Shown: positions 8,369 to 17,641 of the stretch, in pieces | Layout: the number at the start of each line of letters is the position of its first letter | Position numbering within the stretch: the first letter of the stretch is position 1 | IMG/VR virus record: IMGVR_UViG_3300025009_000015 | Coordinates: 1 to 58,998 of that record | Strand: one strand, 5' to 3' | DNA length: 58,998 nt | From: a virus | Lineage: Duplodnaviria; Caudoviricetes | Made by a program: the position numbers and the translations under genes | The notes under the pieces: model-generated | What the model saw: only the letters and a program-made list of their open reading frames with translations | Database searches by the model: none | Told to the model about the DNA's origin: nothing

Positions 8369-8853
8369 ACTGCCGGAAAATAATTCTCAGGTATCCGACA
8401 GAAGCACCGGACAGCCTCGATCGGACGGGCCTGGACCCACACCCACTCCGAGTAGTCCTCCCCCGGTCGTTTCGTGTTCCCCTCGACCGTGAGTATGTAC
8501 CGCCCCGCGGGGTCGACCCCGACCACGACGCCGACGTGAGACCACGTGAAAAAGACGATGTCTCCGGGGCAGAGGTAGAGCACACTCCACCCCTGACAGC
8601 CGAACCAGTCGCGCAGATATCGCACCGCAGCGGCGCCGGGGTACCGTCCGTACTCTATGCCCTGTATCGTCGGGAGCCTCGCGCCAACCTGTCCGAGGAT
8701 CCAGCAGACGAATATCGCGCACCAGGCCTGACCCCGGTAGCTGTACGTCCCGTGCGAGTCGTACCAGTCGTGGTACTCCGTCACGTTCGGAGCTGACTCT
8801 CTGTGCCCGACCTGGGACAACGCGGAGGATACGATTCGCTCGGAGAGTGTCAT
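8365..8853 (-). CDS. CHAP-domain peptidoglycan hydrolase (endolysin candidate)
   Basis: ALSQVG..E, AWCAIFV, HVGVV, TVEGNT. Confidence 0.85.
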   Translation of the reverse strand: MTLSERIVSSALSQVGHRESAPNVTEYHDWYDSHGTYSYRGQAWCAIFVCWILGQVGARLPTIQGIEYGRYPGAAAVRYLRDWFGCQGWSVLYLCPGDIVFFTWSHVGVVVGVDPAGRYILTVEGNTKRPGEDYSEWVWVQARPIEAVRCFCRIPENYFPAV

Positions 8854-9071
8854 AGCCAGTCTTTCTGTTTTGCGAACCACTCGGAAATCTCGACGGCACC
8901 CTTGTCCCCGAAAGTCGACTGTGCGTCGAGTTCGGAATCCTCCAGAATCTGACTCTTCGGGATCCAGACCTCCCCCACCTCGTCAGAGTCCAGAAGGAAC
9001 GCTTTGTCGGTCACCTGGAGGACCTTACACTGCCCAAGGAAAAACCCACCATTGTCATCTGACCAGCTCAT
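8850..9071 (-). CDS. Small phage protein (VWIPKSQI type)
   Basis: 73 aa; overlapping start and stop codons. Confidence 0.7.
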   Translation of the reverse strand: MSWSDDNGGFFLGQCKVLQVTDKAFLLDSDEVGEVWIPKSQILEDSELDAQSTFGDKGAVEISEWFAKQKDWL

Positions 9072-9304
9072 GATTTCACCTCGTCAAAATGGAAACTCTT
9101 CCCCCTGCTCGCGTAGACCCTGAGCTGTGAGCTATCCCCGTCGAGCGCGAGAAGCACAGCCTCGAACGCCGACTTCGTCGCTTCGTCCCGGAGGATGCTC
9201 TCCTGGATTTGCGGGTGGTCGGAGTGCTCCCCGGCCAGGTTACAGGCGTCGGCCGCTTGCTCGAGCAGCTTTCGGAGAGTAGGCACTGAAATTTTTTTGT
9301 TCAT
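9068..9304 (-). CDS. Hypothetical protein (probably leaderless)
   Basis: ATG 6 nt downstream of -10 TATGTT. Confidence 0.65.
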   Translation of the reverse strand: MNKKISVPTLRKLLEQAADACNLAGEHSDHPQIQESILRDEATKSAFEAVLLALDGDSSQLRVYASRGKSFHFDEVKS

Positions 9305-9310
9305 AGTGCA

Positions 9311-9352
9311 AACATAAATCGAGCAAAGGGTAAAGTCAAGAAAATAATTCAC
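9311..9352 (-). promoter_or_regulatory. Boxed sigma70-like promoter
   Basis: GTGAATTATTTTC-TTGACT-N17-TATGTT. Confidence 0.75.
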
Positions 9353-9508
9353 GGAAGATGGGGATTGATTTTTCGGCGGATTGAAGTCAAAATAAAAGAG
9401 CCCGGTGCCGCTGGACACGGCGACCGGGCGAAGGTAGCGGGCGAGATCAGAGCAAATTATACCTGCCCCCGCCCCGAAAATCAAGCAACAAAAAATGAAG
9501 AGGTGAGC

Positions 9509-11950
9509 GTGGCAGATACCCCCATCCCTCTCCCCCGGCTGCTGGTACTCCCGCGCCGGGAGATAAAGGCACTGCGAACCAACCCCCCACCCGACGACCT
9601 GCAGGTATTCCTACTCCAGCCCGGACTCGAGGCCCTGACGCGCGCCTACGAGACGGACGCGCACCTGACCATGTACGACCTCGCGGGAGAGGACAGTATC
9701 CCACGGCTGACGAAGTGGCCGTCAGGGCTCAAATACCTCAAGGACCAGGGTCTCGCTCCCATGGTCCACTGGTGCGTGCTCGACGTCGACACGCCGGAGC
9801 ATAAGCTCTGGACGGAGACCCCCCCGCAGTGGTGGATAGGCCAGCTCAGCGCCATAAAAAATTCACCTGAGGCGGGCAAGGCGGGCTGGTACAAGACGCG
9901 GGGAGGCTACCACCTGGTCTGGCCGTTGTCTCCCCCGCTCCCCCCGGACGACTGGGAGCGGTACGTCGCCGCGCTCAGGGCTCGGCTCCGTCGCGACGGC
10001 ATCGCGATCAACGAGGAGTGCAAGGACTGGACGAGGCTCATGCGTCTCCCGCACGTGACCAGGGAGGGGGTAGCACAGGACCTCCCGCTCGACTTCAGCG
10101 TGATGGGCTGGCTGAACCTGCTCCAGGCCCCCGCGCCAACCTTGACACTCGTCCCCCCAGCACCGACAGCAGCACCAGAAAAACCAGCATCCCTCGCGAC
10201 GATGGACGATTGGTCCCTCGTGAAGGTCGGTGCCCCACTGAAAAAGCAGCTCGAGGGGGGTTTCCCCTTCTCGAACACTCCAGGGAAGCGGATCGAAAAG
10301 ATGGGCGAGCAGGGGAGGGACACCCTGATCCTGTCCGCCGCGGGGGCGCTCCTCTCGTCCATGGACCGGCCCGACCCGGAGGTGGTGGTCCGGCTCCTGC
10401 TCCCGTCCGTGCTCGCGAGTCGCCGAGACGACCCCCAACAGATCGGGGACGAGGAAACACTCAGGGATCGGGTCCGGACCCTCGCGGAGAAAGAGCGAGA
10501 GAAACGACCCCCTCCCCCGAAGCCTCCATCCGATCCATTCGACGGGCTCGAGCAGCAGGTCGTCGCGTCCACCCTCCCGCTCCTAATATCCTCCCGCGTC
10601 GGCCGTGGGTACTACGTCCTGGACGACAGGACGAACGGATACGTGGGACCACACTCACCAGACCACGTGTCCAAGGCAGTCCTGGATCTTTGCCCGTCCC
10701 GTGGGGCTCGGGCGGTCGGAGACAAGGGCGCACCTCGCGAAGGAAAGCGAATTTTCCACGAGGATGGCGCGTTCGCGGACCAGATCATCCTGCGGGCAGG
10801 GGAGGACATCAGCAGGTACGACCCGAAGTCCCGGACCCTGTTCGAAGCCTGCGCTTCGTGGGCCGAGTACGAACCACAGGAGAGTCCCGAGGTGGGTTGT
10901 TGGCTCGAGCTCCTGGGTGGGGATACTACGCCAGCACTGCTGGACTGGCTGGCGACGGTCAGGAAGATCTCCCGCCCCACCTGCGTGCTCTACCTCCAGG
11001 GTCCGAAGGGTATCGGGAAGAGCATGCTCCCGGAGGCGCTCGCGCTCCTCTGGAAGTCCCGGGCCATCGTGCCCTACGAGACGCTCAGCGCGAACTTCGA
11101 CGGCCAGCTCGCGGAGAGTCTGCTCGTCGTCGCGGACGAAGGGATGCAGGACAGGGCGAACGGTCGAGGTTCTCCGTCCGCGATCTTCCGCACGGTCGTC
11201 ACGGGGAGTCGACGGACCATAAAGCGGAAGCACCTCCCCGACGCGGTGCTCGAGGCGTGCTTCCGCCTGGTGGTCACCAGCAACGACGACGAAGCTCTGA
11301 ACCTCCGGGAACAACTCACGACAGAATCGATCGAGGCCATCGCCGAGAGGATACTCTACGTCCAGGCCGGACCGGAGGCCGGAGAGTACCTCCGGTCGCT
11401 CGGGGGACGTGAGCACACCGAAGACTGGGTCAGAGGGGGGGCACTGGTCCGGCACGTTCTCTGGCTCGAGCAGACCCGGAAGGTCGTCCCGGGGAACAGG
11501 CTGCTCGTTGAGGGGACGTCCGAGACGCTCATGGCGAGGGTCGCCGGCAAGGTCGGGATGAACCGGCACATCGTCGCGGCGCTCTGCAGATACCTGGACC
11601 AGTACGCCGACCGAAGAGTTCGAACAGCGACCGACCGCGTGATGGGGGACCTCGGGCCGGTCTACCACCCCAGAATCTACGTCCAGGACGGAGACCTCTG
11701 GGTCAACCTTGAGGCACTGCACGAACGGTGGCCACTCTTGCACGGGGGGCGTGACCAGGTGACGAGGGATGCCTTGGCGCAGGGGCTCCGGTCTCTGAGT
11801 CGAGGAAGAAAATTTCGACGCAAGGTCGAAGGGAAGCTCGAGTACGTCTACCAGGTAGACGGTGCCGAGATACTCGCCTCCGCGTCGTCTCTCGGTCTCG
11901 GAGACACCGACCAGATAGCCACTCTTCTTTCCTCTTCAGTCCCCTTCTGA
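9509..11950 (+). CDS. Primase-helicase (AEP/RepB-like primase plus SF3/DUF5906-like NTPase)
   Basis: LDVD, TRGGYHLVW, DWTRLMRLP; GPKGIGKS, ADEG, TSND; GTG start after GAGG; ends SSVPF. Confidence 0.85.
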   Translation: MADTPIPLPRLLVLPRREIKALRTNPPPDDLQVFLLQPGLEALTRAYETDAHLTMYDLAGEDSIPRLTKWPSGLKYLKDQGLAPMVHWCVLDVDTPEHKLWTETPPQWWIGQLSAIKNSPEAGKAGWYKTRGGYHLVWPLSPPLPPDDWERYVAALRARLRRDGIAINEECKDWTRLMRLPHVTREGVAQDLPLDFSVMGWLNLLQAPAPTLTLVPPAPTAAPEKPASLATMDDWSLVKVGAPLKKQLEGGFPFSNTPGKRIEKMGEQGRDTLILSAAGALLSSMDRPDPEVVVRLLLPSVLASRRDDPQQIGDEETLRDRVRTLAEKEREKRPPPPKPPSDPFDGLEQQVVASTLPLLISSRVGRGYYVLDDRTNGYVGPHSPDHVSKAVLDLCPSRGARAVGDKGAPREGKRIFHEDGAFADQIILRAGEDISRYDPKSRTLFEACASWAEYEPQESPEVGCWLELLGGDTTPALLDWLATVRKISRPTCVLYLQGPKGIGKSMLPEALALLWKSRAIVPYETLSANFDGQLAESLLVVADEGMQDRANGRGSPSAIFRTVVTGSRRTIKRKHLPDAVLEACFRLVVTSNDDEALNLREQLTTESIEAIAERILYVQAGPEAGEYLRSLGGREHTEDWVRGGALVRHVLWLEQTRKVVPGNRLLVEGTSETLMARVAGKVGMNRHIVAALCRYLDQYADRRVRTATDRVMGDLGPVYHPRIYVQDGDLWVNLEALHERWPLLHGGRDQVTRDALAQGLRSLSRGRKFRRKVEGKLEYVYQVDGAEILASASSLGLGDTDQIATLLSSSVPF

Positions 11951-12490
11951 ATCGATTTCATTACGTTTTCCTCTCTTTTTATCTAGTTGACTTTTGATTC
12001 TGAATCCGATACAGAATGGATTTTATTGGGTTTTTCGACTTGTTGACTATATCACACGTTGTTAATAGTCTATATTGCGCTGTTTTATAGGCCAGGAGCA
12101 TGTTTTTCTATCTCGTTGAATTCGTTAACTTTGCTCATACACTATACAGTGTTTTGTCGATCTATCGATCTATCAGTGATCTACCTGATGAATTATTCGA
12201 TAGATCGAAAAAATCCTTTATTTTTCGATAAGTTAGTGCCATTCGATCTATCATTCTATCTCTTTTTTTATATATTAAATATATAGTATAGAGGGGGTGG
12301 CACACATAGCACTGAGTAGTCAGGGGGAGAATAGAGGCCTGTAGGGTAAATAAACGCGAAATGCCTAGATCTGCTAGATCTGCTAGATCGACCTTTGATA
12401 TCATTGAAGAAATAGCTGTTTTTTCGATCTATGTGAGGATTTTAGGGATAGAATGAGGTAGATCTTGTTTTCACTCTGAACAGATTTTTT
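11951..12490. other. AT-rich non-coding region, candidate replication origin
   Basis: Strongest AT island, directly after the primase-helicase; GATC/ATCGAT-rich; (CTAGATCTG)x~3 at ~12365-12390. Confidence 0.55.
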
Positions 12491-12495
12491 CTCAC

Positions 12496-12525
12496 TTGAC
12501 ACTCGACCCCCCCGGCGGTCATACT
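12496..12525 (+). promoter_or_regulatory. Sigma70-like promoter (leaderless)
   Basis: TTGACA-N18-CATACT, with ATG 6 nt downstream. Confidence 0.6.
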
Positions 12526-12531
12526 GTGAGC

Positions 12532-13089
12532 ATGGCACTCTACTCCTACAGCACCGAAGCGCTCGACCTGGCCCTGGCCTGCCGCAAGGCACTGTCAGCG
12601 TGGGACTTGTCGTCGCTCGACGAGCCGATAGCGCGAGCCGAGACGGTGGTCCACTTCCATGCTGGTCTGCGGGAGATGGAGCGCGTGAAGCGCACCGGTG
12701 TCTCTGCCGTGCCGCTCGAAGAGGAGACGCAGGCGCTCCTGGTCTCGACCCTGAGGCAGGACCCTCTGGCGTGGATGCCTGACGGCAAGGTCGGCGTGGT
12801 CGTCGTCCACCATTCCCCGCTCGGCTACCACCGGACTGCGTTCCAGAGGGCGTCTGCGAAGCGCGCGGGGGCGGACTCGAGCTGGCCTGACCTGGACGTG
12901 CGCATGGTCACACCTCACGGCCCCGTGGCGCTCCTGCTCGAGCTCAAGGCAGGGAAGGGCAGGCTCTCGGACGGGCAGCGCGCCCTGGGGGATAGGGTGC
13001 TCCTGGCAGGGTTCGAGTACAGGTTCGCTCGAGGTCTCGGGGAGGCCCTCCGGGCAGTGCTGAATTATTTGATGGAGGTACCGTTCTGA
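12532..13089 (+). CDS. VRR-NUC family nuclease
   Basis: WPDL...LLELKAGKGRLSDGQ; ends MEVPF. Confidence 0.8.
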   Translation: MALYSYSTEALDLALACRKALSAWDLSSLDEPIARAETVVHFHAGLREMERVKRTGVSAVPLEEETQALLVSTLRQDPLAWMPDGKVGVVVVHHSPLGYHRTAFQRASAKRAGADSSWPDLDVRMVTPHGPVALLLELKAGKGRLSDGQRALGDRVLLAGFEYRFARGLGEALRAVLNYLMEVPF

Positions 13090-13721
13090 TGCCGGCTCGT
13101 CGTTCACCAGGTCCGGACCAGCCGGACGCTCAGGCAGTGCTTGAACTCGTAGCAGCAGGGGACAGTGTCCCCGACGCGGCTCGAGCGTGTGGCCTCCTGC
13201 CCGGAACGGTCTGGAAGTGGATCGATGCCGGGACGGAACCCGAGCCCCCGGTGTGGGCGAATGACAAGAAAAAGTCCAAAATGAGCCAATCTCTCTGGCA
13301 GGCATGCATCAAATATTCACAGGATTACGAAAAAGCCAGGCTCGACGGGAAGCGCGCGATTGCCCAGGAAGCATTGAAAACCATACGGTTAGCAGCAAGC
13401 AAAGGTTTTCAGACGACGAAGATTCGGCGGACGAAGGACGAGCACGGTGCCTCCAAGGGGGAGGTCACAGAGTTAGTTCAGGCTTCCCCGATCTGGACTG
13501 CTGCCGCATGGTTCCTCGAGAGGGCTATCCCTGAGGAGTACGCCCAGCACTCCCAGGTTACGCTCCACTCGGATCTCACCCTGGCCCCCGGGGAGGCTGA
13601 CGAGGTGGTCGAGGCCTGCACTGACGACGAAGCCAAGGCCATCGACCGCGGGGACGCCAAGATTCTCGGTCAGGTCCTGGCCCGCGTCCGCTCGAAACCT
13701 ACCTCCCAACCAGCCGAGTAG
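13089..13721 (+). CDS. Terminase small subunit (HTH)
   Basis: N-terminal HTH; WTAAAWFLERAIPEEY motif typical of this TerS class. Confidence 0.7.
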   Translation: MPARRSPGPDQPDAQAVLELVAAGDSVPDAARACGLLPGTVWKWIDAGTEPEPPVWANDKKKSKMSQSLWQACIKYSQDYEKARLDGKRAIAQEALKTIRLAASKGFQTTKIRRTKDEHGASKGEVTELVQASPIWTAAAWFLERAIPEEYAQHSQVTLHSDLTLAPGEADEVVEACTDDEAKAIDRGDAKILGQVLARVRSKPTSQPAE

Positions 13722-13784
13722 TGAATTATTGTACACTCTTTACTGTTGTATTTCTGCTTCTAATCTGAACACCTATAATTTCAC

Positions 13785-13962
13785 TGAATAATTCACTTGT
13801 CTTTCGAGTCAAAATTCCTGATTGGCCTAAGTCGATCAGGATCTAGACCCCCTCAAAATCGCTGTGGGCTCCAAGGCGACACGATCGAGGGTCGGTCAAT
13901 AGCAAAGCTTATCTTTTTTGAAAATCGATTCTAAGGCCCCTAATAGCTTACTGGTGACGTCG
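13785..13962. repeat. Dispersed non-coding repeat, copy A
   Basis: Shares TGAATAATTCACT, TAAGTCGATCA, GACCCCC, GGTCAATAGCAAAGCT, TTCTAAGG with copies B and C. Confidence 0.9.
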
Positions 13963-13998
13963 TCTAGTAGGGGCTTGACTGCACTTTTTAGGGGGATT

Positions 13999-14451
13999 TT
14001 AGGGTGGAAATCTGCGGAAGGGGTCGGGGGATACTGTGCCATTTTGTATTTTTTCGAGGCACTCTTTGTGCCCCCAGGCGTCGACGCACCCATGGGGTGT
14101 CCAGAAAGGATCCTCCACCGCAGGTGAGACTAATTTCTCTTCGTCCAGTCTCCAGTAGGGGTTCGCGCGCTCTCCACAGACTAGACAATGCCCCGCTCTG
14201 TGAATCTGTTTCAGTTCGTACCTGGAGGTTTTTGGTGCGCTGTCGAGGAACGCGCCGCGGTGGTCGAAGTCGCCGGACCACTTCCCCAGGAGGTCTACTT
14301 GGGGAGGTACCCGGTACACCTGGACAGGCTGCGGGTGCGACCTGCAGGGGATCAGGTCTGCTCCCCAGTATACTTTGCGCCAGACTTCCGTGGAGATGAC
14401 CTTGTGAAAAGAGCCGTCTCCGTACTCTCCAGGGTTGGGTATCTGTATCAT
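13999..14451 (-). CDS. Hypothetical protein (CxxC, Zn-binding?)
   Basis: HCLVCGE...HKEC; overlapping start and stop codons. Confidence 0.6.
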   Translation of the reverse strand: MIQIPNPGEYGDGSFHKVISTEVWRKVYWGADLIPCRSHPQPVQVYRVPPQVDLLGKWSGDFDHRGAFLDSAPKTSRYELKQIHRAGHCLVCGERANPYWRLDEEKLVSPAVEDPFWTPHGCVDAWGHKECLEKIQNGTVSPDPFRRFPP

Positions 14452-14612
14452 GTCGGCCTCCCTGGGTGGTGCTTCGGGATGACAGGGACTTGCCAGTCAC
14501 CAGTTCTAGGTGGTGGGAATGGGAACCCGCAGACGGGGCAACGGTCCTTGCCTCGCACGAAGCTTCCAGGCTTTCCGGAGCCCTTACACAGTGGTTGTTT
14601 TTGAGTTTTCAC
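14448..14612 (-). CDS. Small Cys-rich hypothetical protein
   Basis: GTG start after GGAG; CPVCG. Confidence 0.5.
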   Translation of the reverse strand: MKTQKQPLCKGSGKPGSFVRGKDRCPVCGFPFPPPRTGDWQVPVIPKHHPGRPT

Positions 14613-14854
14613 GTTTTCTCCCTGACGAGGTATTCCCCGTCGATCCTGTGATTTTTTCCGTGTGCGTACCAGTCCACCCTGCCGAGCCCATTCAAAAGGT
14701 CTGCGAGGACCCATTCCATGCTCGAGGCCTCACACCACTCTTCCCAGGTCACGCCTAGGAGGTCGAACACTGTCTTGATGGTGGGGCGCTCGCCAGGGTG
14801 CTTCTCGTGCTCCCACCGCAGGGTGATGGCTTCCGCAGTCGCTCGATCCATCAT
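14609..14854 (-). CDS. Hypothetical protein
   Basis: Coupled start and stop codons. Confidence 0.6.
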   Translation of the reverse strand: MMDRATAEAITLRWEHEKHPGERPTIKTVFDLLGVTWEEWCEASSMEWVLADLLNGLGRVDWYAHGKNHRIDGEYLVREKT

Positions 14855-15387
14855 GGTATTTCTCCATCTGAGTAGTCGAGACAAGCGTCTAGGGCGTCTC
14901 GCATCTCGTTCTCTCGTAAGTGTTCGCCCATCACAGCGACGACAAGATCGCAGTCCATCGCGTGCATTCCCTTTTCCTGCCCACCGCAGGAGCACCGTTT
15001 CTCTGACGGCGCAGCCTCGATCTTTGTGGCGAGCGGGTGCGGTTTCTTGTACTCTCGAATTACGGTGCTCGAGACGTTCCCCCAGGGGTCGTGCCGGAAC
15101 ACGACGATCCTGCACCCGGAGTCCAGGAACCCCTGCAGCAGCTCGGCCGTCTTGCTGTGGTACCCTATCCCCTCGTAGCTCGAGAGGGCGCCCCCGTCCA
15201 GCATGGTCGCGCCCCAGACGGACGAGCAGGAGATGGTGATTTCTCGGGCGCGGAGTCCGGTCAGGAGTCCCTTCTTGTGCTGCTCTTGAGCGTACCTGCT
15301 CGGGGGCAGGGAGTCGGTCGCAGTTCTGAATTTTTCAGGGTCCAGGTACGCCTCCGGGGGGAGGGCGGACAGCTCTTTGTAGTTCAT
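14851..15387 (-). CDS. Hypothetical protein
   Basis: 178 aa; coupled. Confidence 0.7.
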   Translation of the reverse strand: MNYKELSALPPEAYLDPEKFRTATDSLPPSRYAQEQHKKGLLTGLRAREITISCSSVWGATMLDGGALSSYEGIGYHSKTAELLQGFLDSGCRIVVFRHDPWGNVSSTVIREYKKPHPLATKIEAAPSEKRCSCGGQEKGMHAMDCDLVVAVMGEHLRENEMRDALDACLDYSDGEIP

Positions 15388-15788
15388 GGTACTTCTCCAG
15401 GTAGCTCGAGCCGAGCTGAGTGGTACTGTTCAGGAGTCATCCCGATCCGGACGATTTTGGAGAGTTTTTCCCAGGAACGCTTGAACCGGAACATATCCTT
15501 GACGACGGACATATACCGATCATGTGTTTTTTCGCGCTCTTCTTTTCGATCCTGTCGCTCGACACTTCGGGACAGTTCGACGGAGCGGATGCACCGCTTC
15601 GCGCGTTCGATGTCGTGCTCAAGAGCCGCGATTTTGGAGCGCAGCTCTGCGATGGTTTCGTCACGCTCTCGGATGATTGCGTCCTGGTTTTGTATGAGTT
15701 TCCAAGGATCTCTGCGGCTGGCTTCGTTCTGCTCATCGAAGTGTCGGCGACTCAGCGCAATGAATCGGCCTTCTGCTTTGACTCCCAT
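15384..15788 (-). CDS. Coiled-coil hypothetical protein
   Basis: 134 aa; RBS GAGG. Confidence 0.7.
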   Translation of the reverse strand: MGVKAEGRFIALSRRHFDEQNEASRRDPWKLIQNQDAIIRERDETIAELRSKIAALEHDIERAKRCIRSVELSRSVERQDRKEEREKTHDRYMSVVKDMFRFKRSWEKLSKIVRIGMTPEQYHSARLELPGEVP

Positions 15789-15789
15789 G

Positions 15790-16077
15790 TTACTTTACCT
15801 CTCCGAATGGCAGGAGGGGGAGGCTACGGCAGCGCTCCCAAATCCAGCGACGTAACTGGTGTTTCTCGAGGTGCTGAGGGATTTTCTCCAGAGAAATTTG
15901 TGCGGCACCCTGGCCCCCCGGGAGGTCGACGTATTCTATGAAGACGGAGACAGTGCCCCACTCAGTTTCCGTCGAGGGGGTGTACACCAGGTAGAGGTTC
16001 TGCCAGGCGTTCTCCGGGAGAAAGAGCTTTTTCCAGGCGTCTTCGGTCGCGTCGGTGACGATCTGTTCGAAGTTCAT
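15790..16077 (-). CDS. Hypothetical protein
   Basis: ATG after GGGAGG; coupled. Confidence 0.65.
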   Translation of the reverse strand: MNFEQIVTDATEDAWKKLFLPENAWQNLYLVYTPSTETEWGTVSVFIEYVDLPGGQGAAQISLEKIPQHLEKHQLRRWIWERCRSLPLLPFGEVK

Positions 16078-16349
16078 CCTACCCTCCCGATGACCTGGAG
16101 TGTGTCGACGGTCACGACCAGTCCGGCCTCTCGCTGAGTCAGTCGCCCCTCGACGTACACCTGGCGCCCATCTTCCAGGAGCAGGATCACATCCGCGATC
16201 TTCGTGGTCGCCTCGCACGTGACGGAGCAGGGCATGACCGTCCCCGCGCCGTGGTTCTCGACGACGACCGAGAACTTGACCGTCCCGGAGCCAACCTGCT
16301 CGGGTGCCGAGAGTTTCCCCATCAAGATCACCTTGTTGATTCCGCGCAT
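16074..16349 (-). CDS. ssb: SSB-family OB-fold protein lacking the acidic tail
   Basis: MRGINKVILMGKL...GRQVYVEGRL; only 91 aa. Confidence 0.75.
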   Translation of the reverse strand: MRGINKVILMGKLSAPEQVGSGTVKFSVVVENHGAGTVMPCSVTCEATTKIADVILLLEDGRQVYVEGRLTQREAGLVVTVDTLQVIGRVG

Positions 16350-16393
16350 TTTCAGTCCTCCAGTAGAGAAAGGTCAAACAAAATCCTGTATCT

Positions 16394-16466
16394 ACTATAG
16401 TCAACCCTACCAGAAAGATCAAGATAATAATTCACAGGTAGCAGTTTTTTTCTCGGTGCGTACACT
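16394..16466. promoter_or_regulatory. Divergent promoter unit
   Basis: Minus: GTGAATTATT..TTGATC-N17-TATAGT; plus: TACACT at 16461. Confidence 0.75.
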
Positions 16467-16483
16467 GGAGGCATACGGCAACG

Positions 16484-16738
16484 ATGGAGGCAGCGATGGA
16501 CAGGCGACGGATTGACGGGTTGATGAGCCGCGAGCACGAGCGAATCGACGCGGACCTGGTGCTCGACGCCCTGGTGTGGGCGGAGGGGAACGAAAGCGAG
16601 GCGTCGAGGATTCTCTGCGTGAACAGGAACACCGTGAGGCGGGTGCGCGCGTCGAAGCTCGCGGGCGTGGAGGTTCCTGCCCGGGAGGGGTACGTGTTCC
16701 GGACCCGACCGGAGGGGGGTGCGCCGTGGGTGAGCTGA
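16484..16738 (+). CDS. Fis-family HTH protein
   Basis: ALVWAEGNESEASRILCVNRNTVRR. Confidence 0.75.
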   Translation: MEAAMDRRRIDGLMSREHERIDADLVLDALVWAEGNESEASRILCVNRNTVRRVRASKLAGVEVPAREGYVFRTRPEGGAPWVS

Positions 16739-17025
16739 AATTTTCCTACACGTTTTCGGCCTGGACGAGGACAGGGACGGAGGTCGTCGTCACGGTGGGT
16801 GCCCTGCTCGAGCGTACCGGCAGCGGTGACGTGTGGGACAACGACGGGCTCTCTGCTCGGGCGGTGACACAGGTGCGCAACGTCGTCCGTGCCTTGCCTG
16901 ACGGCAGGACTCCGGAGGACACCATTCTCGCGGTGTGGGACGCCCTGAGTTCCGCAGAGTTCGAGCTCCCCTGTGTCCGTGTGTCCCTCCAAGATAGGCA
17001 GTTGAGGGTGGAGGTGTTCAGGTGA
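16726..17025 (+). CDS. Degenerate QueD/PTPS-like (T-fold) protein
   Basis: KFSYTFSA, VVVTVG, GDVWD, RTPEDTILAVWDAL, VRVSL align by eye to QueD, but the His ligands are absent. Confidence 0.4.
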   Translation: MGELKFSYTFSAWTRTGTEVVVTVGALLERTGSGDVWDNDGLSARAVTQVRNVVRALPDGRTPEDTILAVWDALSSAEFELPCVRVSLQDRQLRVEVFR

Positions 17026-17516
17026 CCAGGGACCGCATCGTGGACATCGTCACAGTCAGGGCTGGGGACCTCGTCCCGAACCCGCGCAACTGGCGGACGC
17101 ACCCGGAGGCGCAGCGCAGGGGGCTCGAGCAGATACTCGACCGGGTCGGGAGTGTCGATGTCCTGAAGGCAGTACGCCTCCCCAGCGGGGAGCTGCAGCT
17201 CGTGGACGGTCACCTCCGGGCGGACATCCGGAGGGACGAGCAGGTCAGGGTCGCTGTGCTCGACCTGACACCTGAGGAGTCCGACCTGGTGCTCGCGACG
17301 TTCGACCCTGTGAGCGCGATGGCGGAGGCGGACCTGGACGTGCTCCGGGGGCTGCTGGACGACGTCAAGATGGAAGTCCCTGCGGATATGATCGAGGCGC
17401 TCGAGGCGTTGATTCGAACGGGAGATCCTGTCGAGCCCAGGAAGTTCGACACAGATGTTGAGGACGAGGTTAAGTACGTCGTCTGCCCGAACTGTGAACA
17501 TAGGTTTCCGAAATGA
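17022..17516 (+). CDS. ParB/Srx N-terminal domain protein with C-terminal Zn ribbon
   Basis: LVPNPRNWRTHP, LVDGHLR, CPNCEHRF. Confidence 0.8.
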   Translation: MTRDRIVDIVTVRAGDLVPNPRNWRTHPEAQRRGLEQILDRVGSVDVLKAVRLPSGELQLVDGHLRADIRRDEQVRVAVLDLTPEESDLVLATFDPVSAMAEADLDVLRGLLDDVKMEVPADMIEALEALIRTGDPVEPRKFDTDVEDEVKYVVCPNCEHRFPK

Positions 17517-17641
17517 AGCCGAGTGTCCCACCAGGAAATTCTCAGATCGTGTCGATCGCACAGGCCGTGAGTGTTCCAGATGGGACTCTCGGGTATATCA
17601 CGGCGTCGAATGAGAGACACACAAGGAGCCTCTTCGATTGA
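17513..17641 (+). CDS. 42-aa ORF homologous to the start of the MTase variable region
   Basis: PSVPPGNSQIVSIAQAV resembles PGVPPGSSRGITFREAV of the downstream MTase. Confidence 0.45.
   Translation: MKPSVPPGNSQIVSIAQAVSVPDGTLGYITASNERHTRSLFD

Noticed and set aside
9365-9490. Hairpins upstream of the primase-helicase as a riboswitch or ncRNA
   Set aside because: Stems are present (e.g. 9401-9428), but they are single-copy with no recognisable family; evidence is insufficient
12059-12404. Short hydrophobic ORFs in the AT-rich island
   Set aside because: No RBS, and the composition reflects AT-richness
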